NCBI GenBank assembly: GCA_964016885.1
Contig: OZ024741.1
Span: forward strand, 26,784,001 to 26,848,000
Reading direction: 5' to 3'
From: Eledone cirrhosa
Taxonomy: Eukaryota
DNA: 64,000 nucleotides
Shown: one piece after another, positions 23,460 to 36,232 of the stretch
Numbering within the stretch: position 1 is the first letter of the stretch
Layout: every line of letters begins with the position of its first letter
Translations under genes and position numbers: made by a program
Notes under the pieces: generated by a model
Database searches by the model: none
The model's input: the letters and a program-made list of their open reading frames with translations, nothing else
Told to the model about the DNA's origin: nothing

Positions 23460-23672
23460 GTACACATACACATACATACATATATATATATACATATATA
23501 TATACATATATACATATATACATACATATATACATATATATATACATATATACATATATATATATATACATTTACTGTCATTTCTATAATACGAAGAGGG
23601 TGTTTAACTCCAACACGCTCCAGTATTTTAATCCTTATATATATATACATATATATATACATATATATATAC

Positions 23673-23703
<31 letters not shown>

Positions 23704-23786
23704 CATATATATATACATATATACATATATATACATATATATATATATACATATATATACACATATATATATACATATATATATAC

Positions 23787-23818
<32 letters not shown>

Positions 23819-23895
23819 TCATACATATATATACATAGACATACATATATATATACATACACTTAGACATACACATATACATGCATACATACATA
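23460..23895. repeat. (TA)n/(TACA)n microsatellite
   Basis: Direct reading. Confidence 0.95.
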
Positions 23896-23896
23896 T

Positions 23897-24817
23897 TGAA
23901 GAGTTTAGCGTAAAAGTTGGTGTTCATCAGGGCTCTGTTCTTAGCCCCCTACTATTTATTATTGCCCTTCAGGCTATAACAGTGGAGTTCAAGACCGGCT
24001 GCCCATGGGAACTCCTATACGCAGATGATCTAACGCTCATAGCTGAATCAATGGCCGAGCTAGAGAAGAAATTCCAAACATGGAAGCACGGCCTAGAATC
24101 AAAAGGCCTTAAAATTAACCTGGCTAAGACCAAAGTTCTAGTTTGTAGGAAAGAAAATAAGGCGCCGGTCCCTTCCGGGAAATGGCCATGCTCAGTGTGT
24201 AGGAAAGGCGTAGGTAGAAACTCCATTTTATGTCCCAAATACAAAGTATGGGTGCATAAAAGATGTAGTGGGATCAGAGGTAAGCTAACTAAGAACATAG
24301 ATTTTACATGTGGCCGGTGCTCTGGTGCAATAAGTAGCAGCAAGTGCCCACAAAATACTAGCTCTTTCAATTGCGCAGAGGGTTCTATAGAAATAGTGGA
24401 CAGCTTCCGTTACCTGGGTGACAAAATCAGCAGTGGGGGAGGGTGCTCTGAAAGTACAGTAGCTAGAGTCAGAACTGGATGGAAAAAGTTCAGAGAGCTT
24501 ATACCACTATTAGTCGCTAAAGGGTTCTCCCTAAAAATGAAAGGCAGGCTGTATGATGCAAATGAGATCGTGTAGGTGTCACAACAAAAAAACACACAGT
24601 CCACGCTGTAATGTGGCCGTGTAGGCAACACGGTAAAAACCTCCCAGTCCCACACTGTAAATGTGGTTGGTGTTAGGAAGGGCATCCAGTTGTAGAAAAC
24701 CCGCCAGACAGTCCTATGCGAGCAAGACAATCACTCTTGCCTCAAGTGGGAAAACTCCCGTCCAAACTCATGCAAGCGTGGAACATGGACGTTAAACGAT
24801 GATGATGATGATGATGA
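23897..24817 (+). mobile_element. RTE family A fragment retaining the PHD-like finger; C-terminal coding region deleted
   Basis: [19 protein letters not shown], then CSVC..CPKY..HKRC..CGRC, then FRYLG and WKKFREL. Jumps from GRLYDA to the 3' UTR near 24560; (GAT)n tail. Confidence 0.92.
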
Positions 24818-25281
24818 TACATATATAGACACACTCACACATATATATATATATACATATATATATAGAGAGACACACGCACACATATATATACGCACAC
24901 ATTATCTCTCTCTCTCACACATTGTCTTTCACATATATATTTTCTCTCTTCCACCCAAATACACACTAAGAGAATCAGCTTCTCTTTCACTCCTACACTA
25001 ACACATTGTTTTACTCTGTCACTCACCCACACACACTTCAAGCATCTTCTCTCTGCCTCTCCCTCTCTCTCTCTCACTCCCTCTCTCCTTCTGTCTCTCT
25101 CCCTCTCTCTCCCTCCCCTTCTCCCACTCTCTTTCTCATACACCCACCCACACAGACCCATGCACTACATTTAAAACTAGTGTAAATAAAGTCAATAAGA
25201 TGTCAGAAATTACAGAAACACTTCCATTGATTTTAAGGTGGTAAGAAATTTCCTTCTCCATCAGCCTTATTTTTTCTTTCT

Positions 25282-25510
25282 TTAACCCTTTACCATTTAC
25301 ATTACTCTATATTTACTATTGTATTTTCATGGTAAAGTCTTTACGTTACATAATTATCTCACATAATATTGAATCTATAAGATTTTGATCATATTTATTT
25401 TGAGAACAATACCTTAACATAAGTATGAGTGGCCGGTTACAGCCAGTTTGTATAGAAAGAGGCGAGAGAATTCTGGCCGCATACGGATGGTTTAAATGCT
25501 AAAGGGTTAA
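25282..25510. mobile_element. piggyBac-type MITE family A
   Basis: TTAACCCTTT...AAAGGGTTAA; reverse orientation relative to the 33106 copy. Confidence 0.85.
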
Positions 25511-26059
25511 ATTTCCTGTGTTTCCTTGAAACACCAGTAATTTAACTCAATATTCCAACACTATCTATTTTGTAGTCTCTTATTCTGTACCGATGAATTC
25601 AAATTATTGTATATACTCAAATATAATCCTATCCAAATATAAGCTGATCTCAATATAAGCAAACTCCCCTATTTGTCTGAGAAATGGGCAAAAATCCAAA
25701 CCCTGTTTATAAATTGAGGCAGCTGATCAACACATTATGTTTTATTATTGAATTTTTGGTCACATATTCAAGTATATATGACCAGTAGAAACATATTAGT
25801 CTGCAGATACAGACAAAATAAATTACATTAAAGTAAATTTAGTTTTAATAAATCTGATATTTTCAGTTATGAAAAAAAGATGAAAAGGAAATTTTTTTGC
25901 ATTTTTCAATCACAGATATTTAAAATAACCAACATATACATTGTTTATATTTATTTCATAACCTTCCATCCTAATTTTATGTAAGAACTTTTGTTAAGTT
26001 ATGTTCCAAATACCAACTTAATAATGACACAATTAATTATAATTCTAAATCCCTTCAAA

Positions 26060-26555
26060 TTTGTTATCTTTGTTTTCTTCGCTTACTTATTCCTGGGACG
26101 GTCATGGAGGCAGAGCCCCCCATCATGCCTGTCTGAAGCAGCTCCTGTCAGAAACAACCGTCCTCAATTGATATGGCTGGATCCCCAAGCAAGACAAGCT
26201 CAGCTCATGGATGTTATCCAACCATCTTGCCCAGTGTCTATCCATGGGTCTTCTGCTAGTTGGTTTTGCTCACAAAACCTGTTCAGCAATTCTTTCTAAC
26301 CGCATCCTTGCAATATCAGAGCTGTAATCTCTCAATGTTGAGAAGTTGCTGCTCTACCCGGAGCAACTCTCTGATTTCTGAGCTATGCACTCTATTGAGT
26401 AATGTTACTCTGAAGACCTTTCAGAGGAACCCCATTTCAGCAGCTTGTATTCGCGATCATATTCTTTCAGTCATTACCAAAGATTCATGACCATAGGTAG
26501 GGGTTGGTACGAATTCCGAATTGAAGATGACAAGTTTGGCTTTACCTACCTCCTT
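26060..26555 (-). mobile_element. RTE (GAA-tailed family) fragment adjoining a MITE-B remnant (25955-26060)
   Basis: Colinear with 11799-12191 but extends further 5'. Confidence 0.78.
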
Positions 26556-27192
26556 TGTTCTAATGTGAATGCTGAAGCTGGCACATTACTGGAGATCTAA
26601 CATGACTAGAGAAGTGTGTATGTGTGTCATCATCATTGCTTTTACATTAATTTTTCCTTGTTGGTTTGGGTTGGGTGTGACTTTTTGAAGCAGTATTCGA
26701 TGGTCAGATGCCCTTCCTGATAATAACTGTAATTTTTGTTTTACAGTTGATCCTTCATGGATGATGCTGGTCCTATCTGCGTTTTCAATCTCCCCCCACA
26801 ACAAAATGCAGTAAATTATAAAACAGCACACACCACATCATACCAGGTTGTACATAGACCACTCACTTAACACAACAAAAATACTATAACTCAAAGACCA
26901 GCTGGACATGTGAGGGGCACAGCTTGTTATCACAGCAAGTTTCACCCCCTCCCCACTACACATACACACATGCTGAGTCTTTGTTATTACATGAAAAGTC
27001 TCTTCCAATCACCCAGGCACACACACACCCTTATATATATCAGTCCCCCCCACACACCCTCACTATTGAACACTACTACAACAACATTCTACAAAATACT
27101 AACCTTCCCACTCTCCCAGGAGGTCAGCTAAACCCGAATAAGTGTGAGCTGCAAATTTCAGTTCTTTTTTTATTTCAATATGTGTGCGTGTG

Positions 27193-27372
27193 TCAGATTC
27201 AATCGGGGGTAACCACAGTAAGTAAGGTACTCAATACATAGCAGATTATAAATAATTAATATAGAAATGGCTTCTACAGGACTAGAACTGTTTCAGTCGA
27301 AGGAAAACATCAGGAAAGCGCTTTCCTGATGTTTTCCTTCGAATGAAACAGTTCTAGTCCTGTAGAAGCCAT
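27193..27372. mobile_element. Penelope-like fold-back (family 3): 53-bp arms, no spacer, 74-bp tail
   Basis: 27267-27319 and 27320-27372 are reverse complements with 1 mismatch. Confidence 0.8.
27322..27368 (+). ncRNA. Variant type I hammerhead (CUGAUGU core), mirrored on the minus strand
   Basis: UUUC-CUGAUGU-UUUCCUUCGAAU-GAAA-CAG-UUCUAGUC-CUG-UA|GAAG; A9 is replaced by U. Confidence 0.55.
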
Positions 27373-27377
27373 ATATA

Positions 27378-27660
27378 TCATCATCATCATCATCGTTTAA
27401 CATCTATCTTTCACACTAGCATGGGTTAGACAGGAGTTGTCCCACTTGAGGCAAGATTGGTCGGGTGACCGTGTCTCGCTCGTATAGGACTATCTGGCAG
27501 GTTTTCTACAGCTGGATGCCGTTCCTAACACCAACCACATTTACAGTGTGGACTGGGAACTTTTTACTGTGTTACCTACACGGCCACATTACAGCGTGGA
27601 CTGTGTGTTTTTTTGTCGTGACACCTACAGAACCTCATTAGTTTGGTCTGGATGTTGTGG
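27378..27660 (-). mobile_element. RTE family A 3' UTR fragment
   Basis: Near-identical to 7775-8040. Confidence 0.85.
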
Positions 27661-28265
27661 TATATATAGTGGTAAAAAACCCAGGAGGTTATATCCGTAG
27701 TAAATAGAGCTCTTATTCCAGAGTCACAAGTTTGGTATAGAATTAATTCCTCAACAAATTACTGCAGCCATACACAGGTTGAAATTCCGCTCGGTGAAAC
27801 GCGTCCTTGATTATGGTTTGATAATTTGTTATGGAACTAACTCTCTCTATCACCCCCCACCACCTCTCTCCCTCTACCCCCCTCTCTCTCACTTTATCTC
27901 TGGAAGAAATTGGTTGTGTTCAAACAAACCTGGAGAAAAGATAGTCTCCTCAAGGTTTATAATGCCCAACACATTGTATGTGACTACAGCACCTCTACAA
28001 CTTCATCAACAGTTACAGGTCCCTACATATATGCAATATGTATTATGGTAACAGTCAGTGGCTAGTATTTTGTTCAATAATGTTTTACTTATTTTATAGT
28101 ATTTAGGGATTCTATTTAAAAAATTCTATTCTTGGACAAATTGATTTCCTCTTTCATCCTTCTCTGTAAAGTAGTTAATGTTCTAATGTTTTTAGTGTTT
28201 TCTTGTATATAATATGATGATCATGGTGGTGGTGGTGGTGGTGGTGGTTATGGTGGTGATGATGA

Positions 28266-28299
<34 letters not shown>

Positions 28300-28601
28300 G
28301 GATGTACTGTTTGTGGTGGTGGTGATGATGTTGATGTTGATGATGATGGTGGTGGTGGTAATGATGATGATGATCGTGGCAATGATATTTCACTTTAAAA
28401 TCATTGATTTTCCAAACAGATACATTTATATCATGAATGTGCAGTGAAGCATAAAGATTTAGAAATAACAGCCGTTTAATAGCCAAGTTGATGGTGGCTG
28501 TGTAAAGACAGAAGTGTCTGTACAGTATCTGGATAACTTTTGAGTCATACACTCAAGCAGTGTCTCTTTAGTGAACATCTACACAGTGTAGAGTTATATA
28601 T

Positions 28602-28824
28602 TTTCTATCGATCGACTTTCGTCAAATCGGACCGAGGAAACAATGTTTCCGTTGGTCTTTCCAGTTGCTAATACTATCTATCGGTCGCAACTCCAGGTAG
28701 AAGGAGCAACGTGAAATAAAGTGCCTTGCTCAAGGACATAACGCATCGCCCAGTCCAGGAATCGAACTCACAACCTCAAGATTGTGAATCCAATTCTCTA
28801 ACCACTCAGCCACACGCCTTCACC
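28602..28824 (-). mobile_element. SINE (family-1 head, alternative tail) with 12-bp TSD
   Basis: TSD AGAGTTATATAT at 28590-28601 and 28825-28836. A box TGGCTGAGTGG, B box GAGTTCGATTCC. Tail also seen at about 1485-1650. Confidence 0.88.
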
Positions 28825-28865
28825 AGAGTTATATATAGTCACATTATAATGATACTAATAATAAT

Positions 28866-29050
28866 TGTTTCTACTTTAGGCACAAGGCCAGCAATTACCC
28901 AGTGCATTACTGGTACTTTATTTTATCGACCCTGTAAGGATGAAAGGCAAAGTCAACCTCGGCAGGATTTGAACTCAGATCGTAAAGGGACGTAACTATG
29001 CTGGAAAGCATGGCGTCCGACCCTCTACCGATACTGCCAATCCACCGCCC
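28866..29050 (-). mobile_element. Full-length SINE family 2 with 19-bp TSD, inserted in the CR1 tail
   Basis: TSD TAATGATACTAATAATAAT at 28847-28865 and 29051-29069. Confidence 0.9.
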
Positions 29051-29069
29051 TAATGATACTAATAATAAT

Positions 29070-29995
29070 GAGGGTGAAAATTATTGTGTACAGTGCTCAG
29101 GTGCACTACAACTCATCAACAGGTGTATGTATAGTACATAGAATAATGTACAAATGTCAGGAAAGTGAACGGTGTATGAGTCATGATATACACACACACA
29201 TGCATGTGTATAGAGGAGAAATATCAGGTGTAGTGTTGGCAAATTCATGAAGCATGGAAGTTTTGAAGGATGCAGTGTCCAGACAGCTAACAACTGATGC
29301 AGGTAGTTTGTTCAGCAACTCTGGGTGTTTCCAAAAGTCATGGGATCTGTACTGTTTTCTGATTTTGGAAGCATGTCCACAGGTGTTAGACACATGGAAT
29401 TCAAAAAGGTGCTCAGAGTTGTTGTTGGCAAGATGGTTAATAATCTTGTAGGTGTTTACCAAGTCAGTTGCCAAACGTCGGAACTTCAATGTATCCATGC
29501 CCAGGGAAGCAAAGTGTTCGGAGTATGGTAGATGCCTGATGGAGGGTATTCGCTTGGTTGCACGTCTCTGAACAGTTTCCAGGAGGTTAATATTCTGAGC
29601 AACATAGGGGTTCCAGACTGGCCACACCATAGCTATATATAGCTTTAAATAGATAGCTGGAGAGCGGCTGACAAAGGTCTTATTGAGTGATGTTAAGACA
29701 CCTTCGGCCTTCTTGACAATTTTAGAGATGTGCTTTGGCCAACGCAAACCGCTGCTGACAGTAATGCCCAGGTCACGTTCACAAGAAGACTTCTTGATAT
29801 TAGTGTCGTGGAGGGAGTATGTGGACGCTGGGATTTTCCTCCCAAAATGCATGGTGGTGCACTTGTCCACAGCCAGCTTGAGTTGCCAGTCTGTGATCCA
29901 TTGCTGCATTGTGTCCAGGGCTAATTGCAGGAAAAGTCTATTGTGTTCAGGATCTGTCCTTTTTATTTCAAGGTACAGCTTGATGTCATCTGCTT
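29070..29995 (-). mobile_element. 5'-truncated CR1-clade LINE
   Basis: ADDIKLY, WQLKLAVDKC, ERDLGI, WNPY, LETVQRRATK, TCGH motifs; (ATT)n tail. Confidence 0.92.
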
Positions 29996-30003
29996 ATTTT
30001 ATA

Positions 30004-31204
30004 CTGAAGTCTCTTACTGTGTATAGTCACTGGAGTCTCTTACTGTGTATAGTCACTGGAGTCTCTTACTGTGTATAGTCACTGGAGTCTCTTACTGTGT
30101 ATAGTCACTGGAGTCTCTTACTGTGTATAGTCACTGAAGTCTCTTACTGTGTATAGTCACTGGAGTCTCTTACTGTGTATAGTCACTGAAGTCTCTTACT
30201 GTGTATAGTCACTGGAGTCTCTTACTGTGTATAGTCACTGAAGTCTCTTACTGTGTATAGTCACTGGAGTCTCTTACTGTGTATAGTCACTGGAGTCTCT
30301 TACTGTGTATAGTCACTGAAGTCTCTTACTGTGTATAGTCACTGGAGTCTCTTACTGTGTATAGTCACTGAAGTCTCTTACTGTGTATAGTCACTGGAGT
30401 CTCTTACTGTGTATAGTCACTGAAGTCTCTTACTGTGTATAGTCACTGAAGTCTCTTACTGTGTATAGTCACTGGAGTCTCTTACTGTGTATAGTCACTG
30501 AAGTCTCTTACTGTGTATAGTCACTGGAGTCTCTTACTGTGTATAGTCACTGAAGTCTCTTACTGTGTATAGTCACTGGAGTCTCTTACTGTGTATAGTC
30601 ACTGGAGTCTCTTACTGTGTATAGTCACTGGAGTCTCTTACTGTGTATAGTCACTGGAGTCTCTTACTGTGTATAGTCACTGGAGTCTCTTACTGTGTAT
30701 AGTCACTGAAGTATCTTACTGTGTATAGTCACTGGAGTCTCTTACTGTGTATAGTCACTGGAGTCTCTTACTGTGTATAGTCACTGGAGTCTCTTACTGT
30801 GTATAGTCACTGGAGTCTCTTACTGTGTATAGTCACTGAAGTCTCTTACTGTGTATAGTCACTGGAGTCTCTTACTGTGTATAGTCACTGGAGTCTCTTA
30901 CTGTGTATAGTCACTGAAGTCTCTTACTGTGTATAGTCACTGGAGTCTCTTACTGTGTATAGTCACTGAAGTCTCTTACTGTGTATAGTCACTGGAGTCT
31001 CTTACTGTGTATAGTCACTGGAGTCTCTTACTGTGTATAGTCACTGAAGTCTCTTACTGTGTATAGTCACTGGAGTCTCTTACTGTGTATAGTCACTGAA
31101 GTCTCTTACTGTGTATAGTCACTGGAGTCTCTTACTGTGTATAGTCACTGGAGTCTCTTACTGTGTATAGTCACTGGAGTCTCTTACTGTGTATAGTCAC
31201 TGAA
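30004..31204. repeat. 26-bp minisatellite, about 46 highly homogeneous copies
   Basis: Unit CTGRAGTCTCTTACTGTGTATAGTCA. Confidence 0.97.
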
Positions 31205-32378
31205 ATCTGTTGATGTTGCATATAGTCACATTATATATACTGGAGTCTTTTACTGCATATAGTCACATTATACATACTGGAGTCTGTTGTTGGTGTATAT
31301 AGTCACATTATACATACTGGAGTCTGTTGGTGTTGTATATAGTCACATTATATATACTGGAGTCTCCGTTGGTGTATATAGTCACATTATACTTACTGGA
31401 GTCTCTAATGGTGTTGTATATAGTCACATTAAACAAACTCGAGTCTCTGTTGGTGTATATAGTCACATTATACATACTGGAGTCTCTGTTGTTGGTGTAT
31501 ATAGTCACATTATACATACTGGAGTCTCTGTTGTTGGTGTATATAGTCACATTATACATACTGGAGTCTCTGTTGGTGTTGTATATAGTCACATTATATA
31601 TACTGGGGTCTCTGTTGGTGTATATAGTCACATTAAACAAACTCGAGTCTCTGTTGGTGTATATAGTCACATTATACATACTGGAGTCTCTGTTGTTGGT
31701 GTATATAGTCACATTATACATACTGGAGTCTCTGTTGTTGGTGTATATAGTCACATTATACATACTGGAGTCTCTGTTGGTGTTGTATATAGTCACATTA
31801 TATATACTGGGGTCTCTGTTGGTGTATATAGTCACATTATACATACTGGGGTCTCTAATGGTGTTGTATATAGTCACATTAAACATACTGGAGTCTGTTG
31901 TTGGTGTATATAGTCACATTATACATACTGAACTCTCTTATTGTGTATAGTCACATTATACACACTGGAGTCTCTGTTGGTGTTGTATGTAGTCACATTA
32001 AACATACTGGAGTCTCTGTTGGTGTATATAGTCACATTATACATACTGGAGTCTCTGTTGTTGGTGTATATAGTCACATTATACATACTGGAGTCTCTGT
32101 TGGTGTATATAGTCACATTATACATACTGGAGTCTCTGTTGGTGTATATAGTCACATTATACATACTGGAGTCTCTGTTGATGTATATAGTCACATTATA
32201 TATACTGGAGTCTCTGTTGGTGTATATAGTCACATTATACATACTGGAGTCTCTGTTGGTGTTGTATATAGTCACATTAAACATACTGGAGTCTGTTGTT
32301 GGTGTATATAGTCACATTATACATACTGAACTCTCTTACTGTGTATAGTCACATTATACACACTGGAGTATCTGTTGG
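31205..32378. repeat. 39-44-bp minisatellite related to the 26-mer
   Basis: Unit ATAGTCACATTATACATACTGGAGTCTCTGTTGGTGTAT with indel variants. Confidence 0.96.
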
Positions 32379-32706
32379 TGCAACTCAGTATCAAACTGGT
32401 AGTACATAATTGTAAAGCAAGTTACTTAACCACACTGCTATGTCTGCACCATCTTATAATTTTTTTACTCGCCATCTCCATATATCCTATATCTATCCAA
32501 TCAACATTTGCAGACTACATCTATTTGTTCAGCCTGTATCAACACACATTGATTATCTTACAGGTCAACATGTGATCCCTCTATTCATCTAACATGTTAA
32601 CATCTACACACATCTATACAATGTTTACACACATCTATACATTGTTTATACAAATTTGCAAATGTGTATGAGTTTGTATAACTTCGTCTGCCCACAGTGT
32701 ACAAAT

Positions 32707-32945
32707 TTAACCCTTTCGTGACCATATTTCTAATGAAATACACTCTATTTGAATTTATTAATGAAGAATTTTGAGGGATTTACTAAAATTATTAATATTT
32801 CATTAGTAAGATAGTAATTTAATATAATGTTCTTATATAAAATTATGTTGGAAGATTTTAATTTAAATTGGAAACCTTTAAAAAGAGTGGTTTTATTTCA
32901 TAGAACCACAACTGGTTTTGGCTGGGTTGGTAACTAAAAGGTTAA
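32707..32945. mobile_element. piggyBac-type MITE family B, solo
   Basis: TTAACCCTTT...AAAAGGTTAA; matches 13905-14144. Confidence 0.85.
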
Positions 32946-33105
32946 CCGAATTTACCATTTTTCTGGGCATTACACAAAACATTTTGAGATAATATTTCTA
33001 TGACCAGATGCCCTTCCTGACACCAACACCACATATTTTCGTCAAACTTATATGTTGTGGGGCATATGGTTTATATGGAACATAACCAATGTGTCACTGG
33101 TTGCT

Positions 33106-33321
33106 TTAACCCTTTAACATTTAAACTGGCCATAACTGGCCAGAATTCTCTCACCACTTTCTGTTCAAACTGGCCGTAACCGGCTGCTCATACCAATGTT
33201 AAAGTATTGTTCTCAAAATAAATAATATCAAAATCTCATAGCTTCGATATTATGTGAGATAAAACCTTTACTGTGAAAATATAATAATAAATATAGAGTA
33301 ATGTACATGTTAAAGGGTTAA
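33106..33321. mobile_element. piggyBac-type MITE family A, intact
   Basis: TIR TTAACCCTTTAACAT / ATGTTAAAGGGTTAA. Confidence 0.88.
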
Positions 33322-33887
33322 GCATTGTCAGTAAAGTCACACTCACGCACACAATTGCTCTATTAGAAATAGCAGCCAAATCTTTCTCAAATCATACCCT
33401 ACTATTTTAAAAAGATGGAAAGAGTATATTGGTTAATATAGTTAGGACTACACTGTCTGAATAAAAATAATTGTTTCTACATTTGGCACAAGGCCAGCAA
33501 TTACCCAGTGTATTACTGGTACTTTATTTTATCGACTCCAAAAGGATGAAAGACAAAGTTAACCTCGGCGGGATTTGAACTCAGAATGGCAAGGACTGTA
33601 ACTCTATGTGTCAAAGCATGGCGTCCAACCCTCTACCGATACTGCCAAATAAAAATAATGTTGGATGATTATGATTGGAATGTCTTCTCGTAATAAATCT
33701 ACTTGCTTTGGGCTAATCTGAAGCTAGACAACAACAACAATACACACACATGTATATGTATGTGTGAAGGGTTTTATAGTTGGCCAAACATACTATAAGA
33801 GCTGGTAGAAAGTAAGTAAAATGATAGTTATTGATTAGTCCCAAAATATTGAGTCAGTTTGAAGAATATCCCCCTCCTTTCCCATTA

Positions 33888-33920
<33 letters not shown>

Positions 33921-34413
33921 AACGACGTAAAAGAAATAAAATATTTTTGATTTGATGAGTAAATCAGAAATGGTAAGAAGCCATTTCTGGAATCTTATCT
34001 TGATTATTTTTACTGATTGTTGATATTTTTGTTAATGAAAGAAGAGTGGTTAGCAATGTACAGTCACATTTGACAAAACTATGTAGCTTAGTTACCATAG
34101 ACTATAATCATACTAAAACGGTTAACGAAGAAAGCTACCAATTACAGGTCATTAGTACAGAAAGAAGTGACCTCCTACATTGCTTAGCTGTTATTTTATC
34201 TTTTCTCTGGCTGCACATTTTTCTTGCTTTATATGTCATATTATTGGAAGTGTAGAAAACAGAATTGATTGAACTGTGGACAACCAAACTACAAGATTGG
34301 ATATTATTGTCATTGGACTGAATTCTATCTTTAGTTAACAATTTCTACTAATTCTCATCCTTTTACTGTGGTTGTCCTCCCTCTCTCTCTGTGGTTTCTA
34401 ATCCTTTCACTGT

Positions 34414-34492
<79 letters not shown>

Positions 34493-35892
34493 TCTAATCC
34501 TTGAATGTCTATCTGATGGAACTCTCTTCCTTCCTCTTTCTCTGATAGTTACAATCTTAATTCTTTAAAATCCACTGATAAACATTTTCTGATTTCAAGA
34601 GCAGTGCCAACCCTTCGTAGCAGGGAGAGTGGACGTTAAAATGATGGTGATGATGATGATGAGGAGGATGATGGTGATGATGGTGTCTTATTGTTTTTCT
34701 TTTCTTTTGAAACTCCCAACAAATTAAAGCTTTGGTTAAGACCAATCATATTAGAGCCCTGGCTATAACCAATCAAATTTAGCCTCTGCTTGGACCAATA
34801 AATTAATGAAGGTGTATTAAGATCTTGAGTTTGATTCCTGAGTCAGTTGTAACATTGTGTCCTTAAGAAAGACGTTTCTTATCACAATCCTCCAATCCAT
34901 TCAACTGAAGAAAACTTAACATCTTCAGCAGCTGGTTTTGCCTTAGTAATTTGTGCTCTTACTAGTAAGACTCAAATATAATGACAGGTGTTGAGTGTAT
35001 CTAGTTTAGAATAGGTACACCATATTTTTGCAATAAAAGAGTTGATGCCAGGAAGAGCCTCCAGCTGTAAAACATTACCTCCAAACGGACCACATAATGA
35101 ACATGAAACCTGTTCTATGCTGGCATGGGTTGGACGAATCACCATGGAACAAGACTAGATAAATTTGGCTTAATTTCTATGGCTGGATGCTCTTCCTAAT
35201 GCCAACCACTTTACAGAGTGTATTGAGTTCATTTTATCTCGACCTAACTTGGTAGGTTTTAATTTAAATATGAAGAGGTTTTCTCATAGAACTAGAGACA
35301 AATTCAAGTAGTAGAGTGTGGTTTGACAGAGATTTGGCTGCTATTTCTAGCAGTTCAGCAAACTAATTAACGAGCTCTTCCATTGGCTTGAAATATTGTT
35401 ACTGATTTCATCTTCTACTCTACTGTGACAACACTTTATTGATAACATAATAGTTATGGAAGTTCAATATTGAAACCAAATCATAAAACATCAAAGCTCT
35501 GTATAATTCTATGGTTGTCACCAGAGAAACTAGTAAATGGTTTTTATGATCAATGACTTCAACTTGCAGAGAGGGACCTTATTGTATCCTAGATAATTGA
35601 TTTAGATGGGAGCTCTCAAGTAGAACAACTGTGATACTAATAAAATCTAATGTTATTAGTGTTGTTTAGCCCTAGGTCTCTCCTGATTGTATAGACATAT
35701 GATCAATGGTTTTCCAGTCATGATCAACCCATCTTTTTGCAGGGAAGGAGGTACAGGCAATGTTTATCTAAGACTACATTATCTAATGTGTCCTTAATTT
35801 TTTGAAAAACCCTTGTGGTATCAACTTACCTGATACCACATCTACATATCTGAGAGGATATATGTTTAATTGAACTTTTACAAAGGAATTGT

Positions 35893-36232
35893 AAAGGTGC
35901 TTGGCTTAGTGGTTAGAATGTCGGGCTTACAATTATGAGGTTGTGAGTTCGATTCTCGGACCGGGCTTTGCATTATATTCTTGAGCAAGACACTTTATTT
36001 CTTGTTGCTCCAGTTCACTCAGCTGTAGAAATGAGTTACAATGTAGCTAGTCTCAAGTTGTATCAGCCATTGCCTTTCCTTTGGACAATATTGGTGGCAT
36101 GGAGAGGGGAGACTGGTATGTATGGGTGACTGTTGATCTTCCACAAACAACCTTACCCAGACTTATACCTCGGAGGAGGAATTTCTTGAGTGTAAATCCC
36201 ATCATCATTCGTGACTGAAGGGGGTCTTTAAC
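35893..36232 (+). mobile_element. SINE, family-1 head/core with a third tail type
   Basis: TGGCTTAGTGG, GAGTTCGATTC and the family-1 core, followed by a 3' region unrelated to the 7354 or 28602 copies. Confidence 0.8.

Noticed and set aside
30004-32378. CRISPR-like array, or long ORFs of about 120-210 aa on both strands
   Set aside because: Head-to-tail repeats with no unique spacers and no cas genes; the ORFs arise because many units are 39 or 42 bp.
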